DNA of 64,000 nucleotides, taken from NCBI GenBank assembly GCA_036785375.1, contig JAWMAR010000258.1, forward strand, positions 1,922,001 to 1,986,000. The letters are read 5' to 3'. Positions 63,580-64,000 of this stretch are shown here, in pieces. The notes beneath the pieces were generated by a model. The model searched no databases. It saw only the letters and a list, made by a program, of their open reading frames with translations, and was not told the DNA's origin. The position numbers and the translations under genes were made by a program. The stretch is from Leucoraja ocellata. Its lineage: Eukaryota. Numbering within the stretch: position 1 is the first letter of the stretch; each line of letters begins with the position of its first letter.

Positions 63580-64000
63580 GGGACTACCTGAAATTGGAGA
63601 AGTCAATGTTCATACCGCTGGGGTGTAAACTACCCAAGCAAAATATGAGGTGCTGCTCCTCCAATTTGCGGTGGGACTCACTCTGGCCATGGAGGAGGCC
63701 CAGGACAGAAAGGTCGGATTCGGAATGGGAGGGGAGTTGGAGTGCTGAGCCACCGGGAGATCAGGTTTGTTATTGCGAACTGAGCGGAGGTGTTGGGCGA
63801 AGTGATCTATATACGTTCTATATATATGTTTTATATCTCTCTACATCACCCTCTATATCTCTCGTTTCCCTTTCCCCTGAATCTGGGTCTGAAGAAGGGT
63901 CTCGACTTGAAACGTCACCTATTCCTTCTCTCCATAGATGATGCCTGACCCACTGAGTATCTCCCCACAGTTATTGTTGGCTAGCGATCAATATCCTCAC
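63580..64000 (+). repeat. Paralog of window positions 1-421 (offset 63579)
   Basis: Same Penelope fragment, same junctions and same unique tail gttattgttggctagcgatcaatatcctcac. Confidence 0.88.
63879..63924 (+). ncRNA. Minimal hammerhead-ribozyme-like motif in a Penelope-derived repeat (many other copies, e.g. 301-348, 16015-16042, 25763-25790)
   Basis: GAAU-CU-GGGU / CUGAAGA-A / GGGUC-UC-GACUU / GAAA-CGUC / ACCU-AUUC. Confidence 0.55.

Overview
Vertebrate genomic DNA with three N-gaps (7072-7377, 31703-31902, 56212-56362). The HE1/V-SINE and CR1 repeat content points to a cartilaginous fish, probably a skate or ray (inference). Most of the window is repeats: CR1, Rex1-like and Tx1-like LINEs, tRNA-derived SINEs, Penelope-derived hammerhead-like repeats, a hAT MITE and a decayed P-element. 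The ORF track is dominated by these and misses the real gene. By hand I can splice, on the minus strand, 14 GT-AG exons with matching phases (22400 to 499) into one reading frame of 635 codons that continues off the left edge. It encodes signal peptide - TIM/HAVCR-type six-cysteine IgV domain - Ser/Thr stalk - GAIN/GPS - ADGRE (EMR/CD97)-type 7TM. This is an E-subfamily adhesion GPCR with a TIM-like IgV domain in place of the usual EGF repeats. Its GPS lacks the catalytic His and one Cys pair, and TM2 carries Arg at the conserved class-B His position. Exons 1-8 are repeated about 22.36 kb to the right, with a frameshift in exon 7. The last three exons of a further paralog lie at 59978-61891, and the two window ends are paralogous (offset 63579), so this is a tandem cluster. 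The 55.1-59.2 kb region holds a THAP-encoding P-element relic and four 29-36 bp elements with 8-bp TSDs that look like P-element excision footprints.
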